64,000 nt of DNA, taken from the NCBI RefSeq assembly GCF_009914755.1, contig NC_060929.1; one strand, written 5' to 3'. Both the position numbers and the translations under genes were made by a program. The notes under the pieces are model-generated. The model was not told the DNA's origin, made no database searches, and saw only the letters and a list, made by a program, of their open reading frames with translations. Shown here piece by piece: positions 24,949 to 39,517 of the stretch (position 1 is its first letter; each line of letters opens with the position of its first letter). The stretch is from the human T2T-CHM13v2.0 reference genome, Homo sapiens.

Positions 24949-25736
24949 TCATTAAACTGGTTATTTCATTAAATATAATTCAGGATAAAGGAGATTATAT
25001 CTTCAATATTTGGGTTTGTTTATTCTTAATACTATAACCAAATTATATTCTACTAATTTATACCATAAAAGTGCAGTGCCCAACAACACAATGAGTTAAG
25101 AAGGATTTTGTGGTGCTGGCCTGTAAACCTATCATGTATAATATTGTTTCTTGGAAGAAAATATATTCTGAGTTCCCCAAACAACCAACTTTGGAAGTGT
25201 GGGAACACAACGCTTTTGTGAATTGGGCATTTCCTCTCTGTCACAGATCAATAGTCAAACCATTCATGGATTGACTGGAAATACAAAAGAAAAAAAAGCA
25301 TTAAAAAAACCCCCAAGAGAGTAGGAACACAATAAACCCATTTACTGGAAGGAATATAAAGTAGTAAACACTGGGCATCTGACTGTAGTCTGAGTTTTGT
25401 TAACGCCTTTCTCTGAAGCCTGAATGGTATTCCAGAAGGCCTCTCTGTTTTACATGGGTCATAATTTTTTCTTCCTTGTTGTATCTTGAGACAAACTCCA
25501 GGAGAACGTATCCCAGGCAAGGGGCTGCCTGGCTTCCATGGAGAGTACTGGTTGGGCCCAGAGGCAGGCATTGTGGTGCTGGAATAGTATGATAGAGCTC
25601 TCTCTGGGTGGGTTTTAACTTTGGTTGGAGAATGGTTGGATGTCAAGTGGCTGAAGGAAGAATCTTTTTGTGGGGCAGTTTTCTAGGGAGCCACATTTTG
25701 AAAGCTCCAGGAAACGACCAAATCTATTAATGTGAT

Positions 25737-27295
25737 TTAACTTTCAGTATGTTATCAGGGTCCATCGGACCCAATTTTAGATTTTGAAGGTGTTTTTTTT
25801 TTTCCTGAGAAATTCTAACAATTTGTAAGGATTGGTATTTCATGACTTTTGTTTGTTTTCAGAAGTCTTCTGAAGATGAAAGATAACATCTAGTTTTTAA
25901 CAAAAATAGAATAAAACTCATTCTATCTTGAAGTTACCATATGACTATTGAAATAATTTATAAATTGATGATGTATCATAGGATCTTAGAGATCTTAATT
26001 TTCTTATATCTTTAAACATCTTCCATTTTATCACCCTAGAAATTATTTCATCATTACTCATCAATTATTGCCAATTATGGTAAAAAAAAAAAAAACACCA
26101 ATAAGAAATGGGAGAATCATGGAATCACCTAGAAGGATGATGCAAGAATGAAACAAATTATCACTGTTGTATCATCCTTCAGGTTTTTGATCACATTGCC
26201 TGAAGTATTACATCATTTCTCGAGAAAGTATAAAAGAAGACAGAGGATACCATTTTTGTAGTCTTCTTCTTCTTACTTTTATCAAATATAGTTGTAAATT
26301 CAGCTATATTTTTCATTTTTCTGCACAAACTGTAAAGAGAAGAAAAGTGACAGAGGAAAATGTTGTACAGTTATTAGTCAAATCAGAAGATGAATGCAGA
26401 GAGACAGCACTATGGAAGACTCGATAATGGCGAAACTGACTGAAGTGTATAAGCAAAGTCTCAGACTATGAGTCCTACATGATAATAACCTAGATTAATT
26501 TCCTCAGATTTAAGGATTCATGAGTAAACAATATATTTCTAAGGATAACAAAAAATATGATATTCTCATCCTGTTAGTCATTCAACAGGAATGATTTCAT
26601 CACACTATATTTTGCCGCAAAAACTTGGAGCATCCTGTTTTGCTAAAAGAATGGGGGCCAATTTTTTTTTTTTTTACTTTTTATGTTTGTTTATTGAAAT
26701 TTTCTTGATACAGTTTGAAGGGGACAAATGATGAAGTCAGATCAAAGGTGAGTACAAAGATGATTGAAAAGAAATAGGTGGTATGGAAAGGAAAGAAAAA
26801 AATCACTGGACTAAACATTCTAATTGGTGTTTATAAATTTAAAAATAAAAATGCTTTTCAATTACAGAGAAAAGAAGATGACCATCTTCTCCTGAACAAA
26901 ATTATGAACTGTCAGAGGTTTCAAAGGTAATAAGTTTTATGATGCAAGTGGAAGAAGAACCAGAAGTAATGATGAGCTAGAACTTATCAGAGATTTCCTT
27001 GAAATCAGGACTTGGTGTTTATAAGATGGGTCTGTCCCAGGCTTATGCATGACAGCTGGTGAGCAGTTAGTTGCATGCAGAGGACATTGCTCATTTTGGG
27101 CCTATCTACACTCAAAACCAGGAAAATATGCTGTGAAAATTTGCTATTACTAACGTCTCTAATAAAGTTTTAAAAAACGATCCTTTTAGTCTTACTTCTG
27201 TAGATTTATTCATAAACATAGAAAGGATCCATTGGACCCTGATGGTAAAAGATGATGATGACATTTTCCTGCTACACCGGGGGCTAAGAGTTTAG
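25737..27295 (+). mobile_element. piggyBac-family DNA transposon fossil (Looper-like, ~1.56 kb)
   Basis: 27025-27153 translates DGSVPGLCMTAGEQLVACRGHCSFWAYLHSKPGKYAVKI, matching the piggyBac motif TVDEQL..FRGRC.F..Y...KP.KYG.K. TTAA at the left end, degenerate terminal repeat at the right end, palindromic subterminal repeats at both ends. Confidence 0.85.
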
Positions 27296-28902
27296 GGGCA
27301 AAATATTAAAACAAAAATGAAGTAAACTCCTTTAGCAAATGGGAGTCACTGTAGAGGTCTCCATCCATTCCCAGCCCTTTCTTACACAGGCCCACCATTG
27401 ATTGATGATTACTTTAAAGATGGATGGTTTGAATGTGAGACATCGTCACACAGCCTCTCTGTTTATTCCTTTCTTTGGTGTAACTCAGTTCTTCTCAAAT
27501 TCTGGTGGTGATAAGAATTACTATACAGGACTGATAGAATATCTCATGGACATTATATCTTAATGAATATTTTACAGACGTTTTAAGATTAATTTTGACC
27601 ACAGAAGCTTTTCACTTTGAAGATTTTAGAATCTAACCCACTCTGACATATATTCATTCATTCAACAAACTCTTGTGCATGTCTGTGTACTAGATTAGGT
27701 GTTGCATCCTGGGAAACGGAAAAGATAGACACAGTTGCTGCCCTTATTGTGGTAGCAATCCAGAGGGAGGAAGCAGTAATTTTTATAGCATCACATGGCA
27801 GGAGTTACGATACAGATGAACCAGGAGAATGGGTGAGGGACATGGGAAAGGTGTCAACGATGAAAAATGTTAGTTTTTATACTCACTTAAAAAAGTAGAA
27901 ATTGGATCCTGGAGAATTGGAGGGTGGCATTTCGAGGATGGAGAAGAGGAGAAAGAAGAATCCAGGCAGATGGACCAACACACGCAGAGGCCTAGAGGAG
28001 CGAGCAAGCAGCATGTTGCAGAAGCTGGGTGATTTGGCATGGCTAGGAGGGACCGTGTTTCGGGGAGGAGAGGACCCACAGTTGGAACCTTGACTGGGGT
28101 TAGACCCCAGGACTTGGTATATCTGGCTTCATCTGCAAGTAACAGAAAGCCCAGCGCAAACCTCTTAAACAATAAAGGAGAGTGCATTGTTCCAGGAAGT
28201 CCTGAGGACGTGGGAACTGCAGATGGATTGGAGGGGAGACCCCTGAGTCAGGGACCCATTGAGAAGTCAGGTGGTAAATTGGAAATGGGAAGGAAGAGGT
28301 GATTTTGAGGAGCGTGTAGGGACAAACTGGCATGATAACCAAGTTTCGCACAGAAAGCGTAAGTGAGAAAAACGATGGCAGTTTAAAGCCTCTCTTTGAT
28401 TATCCCCTTGTCACCTTTCCCTCCCTCCTGTCCTATAACACCTTTCCCACCCCTCCTTCGCCATCCCCCATCTCCAGCAAAGACCCCAGGAGTGATGTTT
28501 GGTATCCTCCTTTCCTTCACACCTCGGCATGAAACTCACCATCAATTCTTGCTGTTTTCCTCTTCCCATTTCCACCCTCCAAGCCTCAGTTAACTCTGTC
28601 TTGAACCACTGCCGGGTTAACCAGCTGGTTTCTTGTGTCCACTTTCACTTGCCAATACTCTCTCCAATCCAAATTCTCTGCATCATATGTAGCCAGATTA
28701 ATAATGATTAAAAAAAAAAAAAACCAAACCACCAAACGAAAAGCCCCCAAACCAAATCATACCTCTCACTTGCTTAACTCCAGAGGCCTCCTTGGAATAA
28801 AATCCACTCCTGTCCACATGGAAGGCCCTGGGAGATCTGGCCCTGCTGGTGTGCAGATCTCATGGAACCTACTCTCTCATTTCCTCATTCCCTTCTGGTG
28901 CC

Positions 28903-29386
<484 letters not shown>

Positions 29387-30188
29387 CTGGTGCCTTTTTT
29401 CTTTACTGCAAATTAGCCAAGCTTTTCCCCCTGCTTTAGGGTCTTAATGTAGGCTGTTCCTGCAAATCAGAGGTCTCGCCCAGTTATTACCTTGTTTATT
29501 TATTTGTTTTAATGGTTTCTTGCCTTATTCCTTCTCCTACCCAAAATGAATGATAAATTCCCTGATGGAGAGGACGTTGCCTGCCATGTTCAACGTCCAA
29601 TCCCCAGCACCCACTACAATGGTTGACACACAGCTTTAAATGTGTGTATGTGCGCCTGTGTGTGTGTGGTTGTGTGTGTGTGTGTTGGATGACAAAAGGC
29701 CCCTAGTTCCGTTTGCGGAACTGGGACTCAGAGAGGGGGAGCCCAGTTTGCAGAGGAAGGTGTCGAAAGCAAGGGATGAGCAGGCCATTCAGGTGAGATG
29801 TACAATAGACAATTCAGATCCTCCTTACTCTTGTAGCACTTCCTCATTCCATACTGCTTTATGCGGAGATTATTTATAGGTTAAAAGTGCTTTTGTAGAC
29901 ATGGCCCCTTTAGACCTCTCTACAACCTTGGAAGGGAGTAGAATGATTATTCCCATTTTACAGATTAAAACCTCGAGCACAGAGATTCTTGTCTGAGGCC
30001 CACACAGCTGGAAGGCTCTAAGTCCAAATTTGAACCTGGGTATTCAAATCCCCAGATCTTTGTATTTTATTATGGTTTTAGAAGTCATGACCCATTTTCT
30101 CCACCTTTACCAGTGAACAATAAGGATGACGAATCATGTTGCAAAACACTTTCATTTTGATGCTGATCAAACTGAGCTTAGTTTGCAC

Positions 30189-30191
<3 letters not shown>

Positions 30192-30233
<42 letters not shown>
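30192..30233. repeat. (TA)21 microsatellite
   Basis: Read directly from the sequence. Confidence 0.95.
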
Positions 30234-30235
<2 letters not shown>

Positions 30236-32028
30236 CTAAGCCATATATATGTGCGTATGTATATATTTTCTCCCTAAGATCTTAAAACCTCGAGAAAGGC
30301 AGAAGAACTAGGGAGAGATAAAAATATAACTAGAAGAAAGGGCTCAGAGGGAACAAATGAAAAGAAACAAAGGTAGGATTATAAACTAAAAGAAACACAA
30401 AGAACATATTTAAATTATTCTTGTTTTTTGGCAAGGTTATCAACAAAAAGATGTGGGTAACAAGATAAATTAGGCACACTAAACTAAAGCAAGAAGGCTT
30501 ATAATTGATGAAGAAAAAAAAAGAAGAAAACAGTTCCCTTGGGGGAGGCAGAAGAAAAGCGAGGCGGGGCAGAGGGAGGTGGCCATGGATCAGCACAGCT
30601 CAGCCTGGCCAAGCCATTCCCATACGGTGAGCACTGGAGGCCCAGCATGTGGTGGGTGTTTAGGGAAGACAGAAAAGAGGAAGATGTTAGGCCCTTGACT
30701 TCAGTTTGCTGATGGCAGCCACATGGGGAAAGGTTCGAGGGCAAGGAGAGATGATCTATGGGGTGCGCAAGTGGGGATGGCTTTGGTGTGGGTGGGAAGG
30801 GTAGGGGCTTGGAGCTAGGTGTCGAGGGATTCGAGTCTCAGCCTTGATGTGGATTAGCTGTGTGACCATGACCAGATTACTTAACCTCTCTGAGCTTCAA
30901 TCGGGTCAACATAGGCACAGGAATAACACTATGTACTTTATAGGTTGTCATGGGGTTAAATGTGATCATGTGTCGCAAATGTTGCTCAGTGTTTGGCGCC
31001 TGGCAGGCACTGCATAGCCATTGATTCCCTCACTGATCAAAGCAGGGGGTAGTGGCTGTGGCCATTCTGTGACAGGAATCTGAGTCTCAGTAAGAGTTGT
31101 GACTTTCTGTTCCTTTGGGCACTGTCTTCAAATCCTCAGAAGGCAGGAAGCAAGGAAACAGAGTCAGTGAGCTGTTCCCCCGTTCCCCCCGGTTGGGTGG
31201 CTCCATCTAGACTTGGAGATTGGGGTGGCTTTGATTTGTGAGGAAGCTGTGTGGGTCGTAACTGGGTACGTTTTTATTTGCGGGTTACTGTGTGCAGTAA
31301 CTTACCACATTTGCTCTTTGAAAACGCCTTAATGGGCTGCTGTAGTAGAAAGAGAAAATCTTTCATTGGTATGTGTATGTCGTCCAAATGGTATTTTTAA
31401 AGATTTATTTTTGTGTGTTCACGATGTTCTTGAATAATGTTTCCATAAGTACGGTCAAAGATAAAACTTGAGCGGTGCACGAAATCTGGTCGTGCATATT
31501 TTAGAGTGTGACCGTCTTTTGACCAGCCGTGGGATCCATTTGTCAAGTTCTTCACTGACTTGTGTTTCCTTAGGAGGACTTGCTTGAGCCGGCTCGCTGA
31601 TGGAGAAACTTCTGAACATGGGCCAAGCTAATGGTGATGGCCCTGTTGAGTGTCACCCTTTCTCCTTTTACCTGCAGCAGTGTGGCTCTCCAGCGGGACT
31701 AGTGGAGGCCAGAGCCTCATAGCTCAGTCATTTATCAACAAACAGCTGATGAGTACCTTTGATGTGCTGGGTGCTGTGTGGGGATTTGGGGGACACAGGT
31801 TGACTTAGATGGACAAACCAGCTGGTCACATGCAGCCAATCAAGTAACAAGAAAAGGGACGTGACTAAGGTCCTATGCTAGTCAGGGTGGTCAGGCAATG
31901 ACTGAACTGGGGTCATTTCTCCAGGAACTTGAAAGACACAAAAAAGCCAGCCAGGGAAAAGCAGTGCAAGTGCAGAGGCCCTGGGGCTGGGATAAGTTGG
32001 CCTGTTCAAATAATGGAAAATGGGTTGG

Positions 32029-32442
32029 CACTGTGGTGGGAATGTATGTCCCCTCCAAAACTCATGTTGAAATGTAATCCCCAATGTAGCAGGATTGAGA
32101 AGTGGGGCTTTTAAGAGGTGGTGGGTTATGAGAGCTCTGCCCTCATGAATGGATTAATTCACTTGTGGGTTAATGGATGAATGGGTTATCATGGGAGGGG
32201 AACTAGTGGTTTTATGAGAAAAAAAAGACCTGGGCCTGCATGCTCAGCCTCCTCATTATGTGATGCCCTGCGCTGCCATGAGACTCTGCGGAGAGTCCCA
32301 AGCAGCAAGAAGGCCTTGGCAGATGCTCCCCCTCGACCTTGGATCTCTTGGCTTCCATAACTGTAAGAAATATGTTTCTTGTCTTTATAAATGACCCAGT
32401 TTCAGGTATTCAGCTATAAGCAACAGAAAACAGACTAAGACA
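32029..32442 (+). mobile_element. MaLR solo LTR (MST/MLT1A-like)
   Basis: GAATGTATGTCCCTCCAAAACTCATGTTGAAA...CAGACTAAGACA, with a perfect 5-bp target-site duplication GTTGG. Confidence 0.85.
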
Positions 32443-34326
32443 GTTGGTGTGGCCAGAGCCTAGCGAGTGCTAGGAGGGTGGCAAGAATGAGTGCCCTAGG
32501 GTCAAGGGCCAGGGGAAGGAGTATGGATTTTATTGTAAAACATGATGGAACTCTTGAGCCCTGTAGGACTTGGAGGAGAAGGGCAGGGAGGGTACGCTAG
32601 GCAGAGGAAGCACTGGGCAAAGGCTGGGCAAGGGCACGGCTTTTAGGGCCTGGATAGACTGTGGTGGCCTGGGCAGTGCTTATCTCCCTTCACGTCTCTG
32701 CTCCTGTTTGCAGCTCTGCCTCCTCCGTGGCTCTGGGCCACCTGGCAGGAAATGGCCTCCCCTAACTCTGGAATGTTGCACCTCTGCTGTACAGAGCCCA
32801 GCCCAGAGCGAGCTGGAGTCTCTCAGCTCCGGTTCCAAATTCGTAATAGTTTCTAATTCCAGAGGAGAATCTGATTGGCTCCGATCCCTACTCCGATGTC
32901 TGTGGTCATGTGGTGTGAACTGGAGCCCACCCTGGGACCCTGTGGGTAGGGTGGGGAGGGCGGTCCCCTACCACGGAGGCTCGTGGCTTCGTGGTACACA
33001 AGACACCAAAAGGCCCCCGAAAGTGTCAGCTCTGAAGATTTGGAAGAAAGTGTGGTAGTTCCATATGCCTGCCTCTGTTGCCATGCAGGAATTCTCAAGG
33101 TCTAGGGCTCCTAGGTCAGTTTCTGAATGGGAGGGAGCAAGCACCACAGAGAACAGCATGCGAAGTTTGAAAGTAAGGGAACAGTACAAGGAAGGCAGAA
33201 AGTAGGCGGAAGCCTGGCTAGAGAGTGACGCTCAGTCATGCCTGATCAAACATAGCCCAGGAGAGCCTTCCCTGCGGGCTCCTACGGGGGCTGTCTGGAC
33301 CACAGGGCAGCAGGGGAAATGGCAGGCAGGTGGCTGTCATTTTCTCACGATGCTCCCCACCTTTAGAAGCACAGTCCTCTTGTGGCTTTCACTGCCACAG
33401 GAAGGTCACCAGGGTCCAAGAGGGACTTTTTAGGGTCCAGGTGGTGAGGTCAGAGTGGAAAGAATGTTTCTAGACTCCTGCATGCTGATCCAGGTCTCTT
33501 GAACCCTGTTTCTCATGCCCCGCACTGCGCTGTGCCTGCCTCACTCTCTTACGTATTGGTTTGCTCCATTCTCTGGCAGATCCCATGAGTCTCCACCTGT
33601 TCTTTGCAGAAAGTAAGATTCCTGAGTCAAGGCTTGCTGCGGAAACTCCCCTTTTGTGTGACTCTTAACAGTTCTGTATGCAGCAGAGGCTCTCGGCAGA
33701 CATCTGTCCATCAAATGGAATTGGTTTGTGATTCTGATTTCTTCTCAATTAACAAAGGACCAAGGTGGGTCTACAGGATGGGTCTGTATGCAATTGATGT
33801 CAGAATCATTCAATCAGCACTCATTTGTTTACCACCTTTGTGGTTTTTGGCATATCTGCATTCCACCCCTGCAGTGACTTACTTTCTACTTTTTAAAAAG
33901 ATTGGCTCTTTTTTTCACTTAGAAAATTTATTTTAGCAGGAAACTTTATACCATGACCGCACATGAAATCCAGTATCCAGACCCATAAATAGAAGGTGAT
34001 CGTAAAATTAAATACAAAACTCCTAAATAGAAAGCATATGTCCATTTCTCCCTGAATCATCTCCAGGGCACCACAAAATGGACATTACACTCTGGGGAAC
34101 TCTGACTTGTGTCGTGGGTGAGGATATGTTTAGGAAAATATTAACTGTCCCTGGCAAATTTCTGGACCTTGGGCAACTTCCCCTTCCATGAACTGTGGAT
34201 GTGGTAGCCAGGGCTGCCACTTGCCATGTGTGGCTCTGAGGAGGTTGCGTGAGTGACCAGTGAGGGGGCCTCAGGAAACTAGGGCTTAGCCATCAAGCTC
34301 GACTTCTTGCCCTCCTACCCACTCTA

Positions 34327-34893
<567 letters not shown>

Positions 34894-35397
34894 TTATGAT
34901 GATTATTAAAGTGCAGACTTACTCTCTCTCAGTTGTTTGGATTTGGTTTAATTACCAGTTGGGATTTCAGCAGGCTAAGAGGTCAATGGCACCGTGCGTC
35001 ATTGATAAACCTCCAAATGCCAAACCTGTGTTTCATGGTTCAGTACAGGTACAGAGTCTCATAGAGCTGGCAGGGACCTTGGTGTGAGGCATCTCCTCAG
35101 AGTCCCTGGGCTGAGCCACTTTTAGCATGTCTGGCATCCTCTGAATCTGAATGTAAACCTGTGGGAGGACCTTGCTGGCAGGTGGCCCGCTAGCTCCACA
35201 GGGCACCTCTAGAGGTGCTCAGGTTGCTGGTGCCTGAAGCTGCAACCCTTGCCCTTTGGATGCCAGGCCTCGGGCTCCTGTGAAGACATTGTGCTGTTTT
35301 GGGACCAGCCTTTGCAAGGATGTTGGGAACGAGGATGCCTGGTTGAGGGTCAGGAGAGGGCATCGCAAGCTCCTGCTTACAGGGTCATCTAGGCTGG

Positions 35398-35796
35398 TGT
35401 ATTAGTCTGTTCTTGTATTGCTATAAAGAATTACTGGAGACTGGGTAATTTACAGAGAAAAGAGGTTTCGTAGGCTCACGGTTCCGCAGGCTGTACAGGA
35501 AGCATGGCAGCACCTGCTTCTGGGGAGGCCTGAGGGCTTTTACTCATGGCGGAAGGCAAAGCAAGAGCAGGAGCAAGAGAGAGTGAAGTGGGAGGGGCCG
35601 CACACTTGTAAGCAACCAGATCTTGGGAGAACTCAGTCACTATCATGACAACAAATAGCGCCAAGGGGATGGTGCCGACCCATTCATGAGAGATCCAGCC
35701 CCATGATGCAGTCACCTCCCACCAGGCCCCATCTCTAACACTGGGGACTACAATTCAACATGAAATTTGGTGGGGACACAGATCCAAACCACATCA
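35398..35796 (-). mobile_element. MaLR solo LTR (MSTA/MSTB-like)
   Basis: TGTATTAGTCTGTTCTTG...GATCCAAACCACATCA; TSD GCTGG/GCTAG. Confidence 0.88.
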
Positions 35797-36267
35797 GCTA
35801 GCTTGCTTCTGGGTGGGTAAACCAGCCACCATATATATAGCTGGGGCCTGTGCCTGAGTCCTGAATTTATCTCCTTGCCTTATGATTTTGGACAGGTCAC
35901 TTAACCTCTCACACCTAAATTGACGGTCTAATTGGAATCCCAGCTCTGCCACTTGCTAGCTGTGTGGCCTTGGGCAGGTTATTAGCCTCTCTGTTCCTCA
36001 GTTTCTCTTCCTGTAGAATGGTGACAATTCTAGTACCTGTCTCTTAGGGTATTGTGGTAATTAAGAGACTTAACACACGTTAGTGTGGAGAGTCCCCAAG
36101 CCATGGCTGGTGTACACTCTACATAGAAGTGTGAGCTTCTGACATCATCTGGGGCTGCTCCCTCCCCTCTCCCTTTTGCACGAGGGAGGTGTGTGAAGTT
36201 GAGAACTCTGTTGGCAGTGTTTGCCTCCTCCTGAGGCTGCTGCCACACTAACCTTCTGCTCTGTCTC

Positions 36268-36571
<304 letters not shown>

Positions 36572-37983
36572 TGAACTTGAGCCTGGGTCTCCTGTATCCT
36601 GGCTGTGTGAGTATCATCTAATTTGCATCTGCTCCTCCCACTTCCTTTCACCTCTGTCAAGTAACAAGGCCCTGTGCGCCCAGTCCTTCCCCATCCTCCA
36701 TGCACCTCACCCTTTCTCCCAGGTTACTGCTGTCTGTATCCCTGTTACCAACAACTCTGCTTTCAGGAACCCCTGAGCCTCCCGGTGCCCATCCTCCTAG
36801 GTGTCCAGGGACTTCCATTCAGCCTGGTGCAAGTCTACTCATCCTCTCCTGGGGCCTCTGCTGGCAGCCTCAAGGCTCCAGAGGGGCTGATTCCACATAG
36901 AGGAAACTCTCCTCCAGGCTGTGTCTCCCCCATCCTTGACTGCACCTGGTGCCGTCACATGCGGGAGAAGGCTTGAGGGCCAGGCTTGTCTTTATTTCTA
37001 GGGTCACTCCTAGCCCCTTGGCCAATTTCTCTGACCTTTTCTCTTGCACTCTTCCCTGGAGACTCCATCAGTTTCCATGGCACCAGCAGTTTTCTATCAC
37101 TGATTGCCAAGTAGCCCACCTGGTCCCCACCTGTGTTCGGAGTCTGTCTGCATGTCCCCAGTGGTCTCAGTCAACATCAAGGGTCAGACTCCTCACCCTG
37201 CGCTGGAGCTGGCTCTGTCTCCTCGTGCTGCTGCTTCTGCCCAGGGCCGTCCTTCATGTGGGGCATCCTTCCTGCGCTCAGTCCCTCCACTCCCCTCCCC
37301 AGCCTGGGTTCTGGTCTTGCCCTCGGGTTTATAGAGCAGATTTCTCAGTGGCCTGTTCCTTCCGGCTCATCCTCAGACTTCCCAGATTGTGGTAGCGCCT
37401 GTATCATGGGGAACTTTTGGCAGCTCCCAGAGGCTGCGGCGTGGGTGGCAAACTTCTCAGCAGGGAGTTCGAGTGACTCCCAGACAGCAGGTCCTGCTTC
37501 ATGGGCCCTGTTTTCATCCCGTGGCCATCAGCCCTCTGACCTACCATTTGTCTAGGCCCAGGCTGCACACCCTCATGCTGCCTTTTCTTGTTCCTTATTG
37601 GGAGGCCTCCTGTGATGGTTAGTTTTATGTGTCAACTTGGCTAGGTTGTTTACCCAGTTATTTCATCAAACACTAGTCTAGGTGTTGCTGTGAAGGTATT
37701 TTATTGACGTGGTTAACAGCTGCAATCAGTTGACTTTAAGTAGAGAAGATAACCTCGATGATGTGGGTGGACCCATCTATTCAGCAGAAGGCCTTAAGAG
37801 CAAAAGCGAGGTCTCCTTAGAGAAACTCTGCCTTAAGGCTGCAGCCTCAACTTCTGTCCGAGTTTTCAGCCTACTGGCTTGTCCTAGCAGGCCAGACTTT
37901 CCAGCTTCTACCATCGTGTGAGCCAGTTCCTTACAAGAAATCCCTCTCTCTCTCCACACTACCCCCACTGCCCCGCACATATG

Positions 37984-39462
37984 CAGTTGGCCCTTGAACA
38001 ACTCGGGATTAGGGGTGCCCACCCTTCCTGCAGCTGAAAATCCAAGTATAACTCTTGACTCCTGTATTAGTCTGTTCTCATACCGCTATAAAGAACTACC
38101 TGAGACTGGGCAATATATGAAGAAAAGAGCTTTAATTGACTCACAGTTCTGCAGGCTGTACAGGAAGCATCATTAGGTGGCCTCAGGAAACTTACAATCA
38201 TGGCAGAAGGCAAAGAGGAAGCAAGCACACCTTACCATGGCCAAGCAGAAGGGGAGTGAAGGGGGAAGTGCTACACACTTTTAAACAACCAGATATCGTG
38301 AGAACTCACTCACTGTCATGAACAGCAAGGGGAAATCTGCCCCCATGATCCAATCACCTCCCACGAGGCCTCTCCCCCAACGTTGGGAATTATAATTTGA
38401 CATGAGATTTGATTGGGAACACAGAGTCAAACCATATCAACGCCTCAGAAACATAACTACTAATAGCCTACTGTTGACCAGAAGCCTCACTGATAACACC
38501 AACAGTCCATTAACATACATTTTGTATGTTATATACTGTATTCCTACAATATTATATACTGTAAAATATACTGTATTCTGACAATAAAGTAAGCTAGAGA
38601 CAATGAAATTTGATTCTTCTGAGATAGTGTGAAAAAAGAAAATATTAGGAAAATTATAAGAAAGAGAAAATACATGTACAGGACTGTACTGTATTTACCA
38701 ATACCGTAAGTAAGTTCTTACCATCTGTTTGCAAGATGAATTGTCTATCTGAAATGTCAGGCAGCTGTAGCTGCAGACCTCAATCTACAGTACATCTCAA
38801 GCAAGTCGGCTTTTTCTTGTGATGTCATGGCTTTTCTCTGCTTCTGGGGAGCACTTCCAGCATCATCAGTGGCACCTCGTATGGGCCCCATGGTGTTATT
38901 TAAGGTTGCACTAAACACAGTGAAAAATACACAGGTACCACAAGAGATCACTTTTTACTGCAATATGCAATTTACTGGAGGGATGAACTGCTCACACGTG
39001 GACGATTGGTGTCAGTCACACAGCATTTTAAGTGGATACTCGAAACACTTGAGCTCATTGCAGAAGACAGAAGATGTCTATATAATTATCACAGCAGTAC
39101 AGGATGTACTACAGTCAATTTTATGCAATTATTTAATATTACATCTTTACATTTGTTTACATTTCTCTAGAATGTGAATGTGCCTGTGGTCGATTTTGTA
39201 TGTGTAAGTTTTGAGAAATTTTAACTTTTTATAATAGATTGTGTATATTTTATGGTAATAAGTGATTAAATAGACTACTATCTACATGTTTTATGCATTC
39301 ATGACACACCTTTTTGTTTTTTTGGTATTTCTAGGCTACACAGTTAGTGAGATTTTTCAAATGGTCGCTAATCTCCAAAAAATCTTCCAATACATTTACT
39401 GAAAAATGTCAGGTATAAGTAGGCTTATGTACTTCAAACCTGTGTTGTTCAAAGATCAACTG
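37984..39462 (-). mobile_element. Internally deleted Tigger2-type DNA transposon
   Basis: TIRs CAGTTGGCCCTTGAACAAC / GTTGTTCAAAGATCAACTG followed by TA. The minus-strand peptide DAGSAPQKQRKAMTSQEKADLLEMYCRLRSAA resembles the transposase N-terminal HTH. Confidence 0.85.
38063..38439 (-). mobile_element. MaLR solo LTR (MST/THE1-like) nested in Tigger2
   Basis: TGTATTAGTCTGTTCTCA...CAAACCATATCA; TSD ACTCC/ACGCC. Confidence 0.88.
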
Positions 39463-39517
39463 TATTATTGGTTCTGTTTCTCCGGCAAACCCTAATTCAC
39501 TTACCTCCTCTGAAGCC

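Larger units (their letters stand above)
37611..39503 (+). mobile_element. ERVL LTR (MLT2-type), interrupted by Tigger2
   Basis: Starts TGTGATGGTTAGTTTTATGTGTCAACTTGGCTAGG and ends TTATTGGTTCTGTTTCTC...AACCCTAA; TSD CCTCC at 37606-37610 and 39504-39508. Confidence 0.82.
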
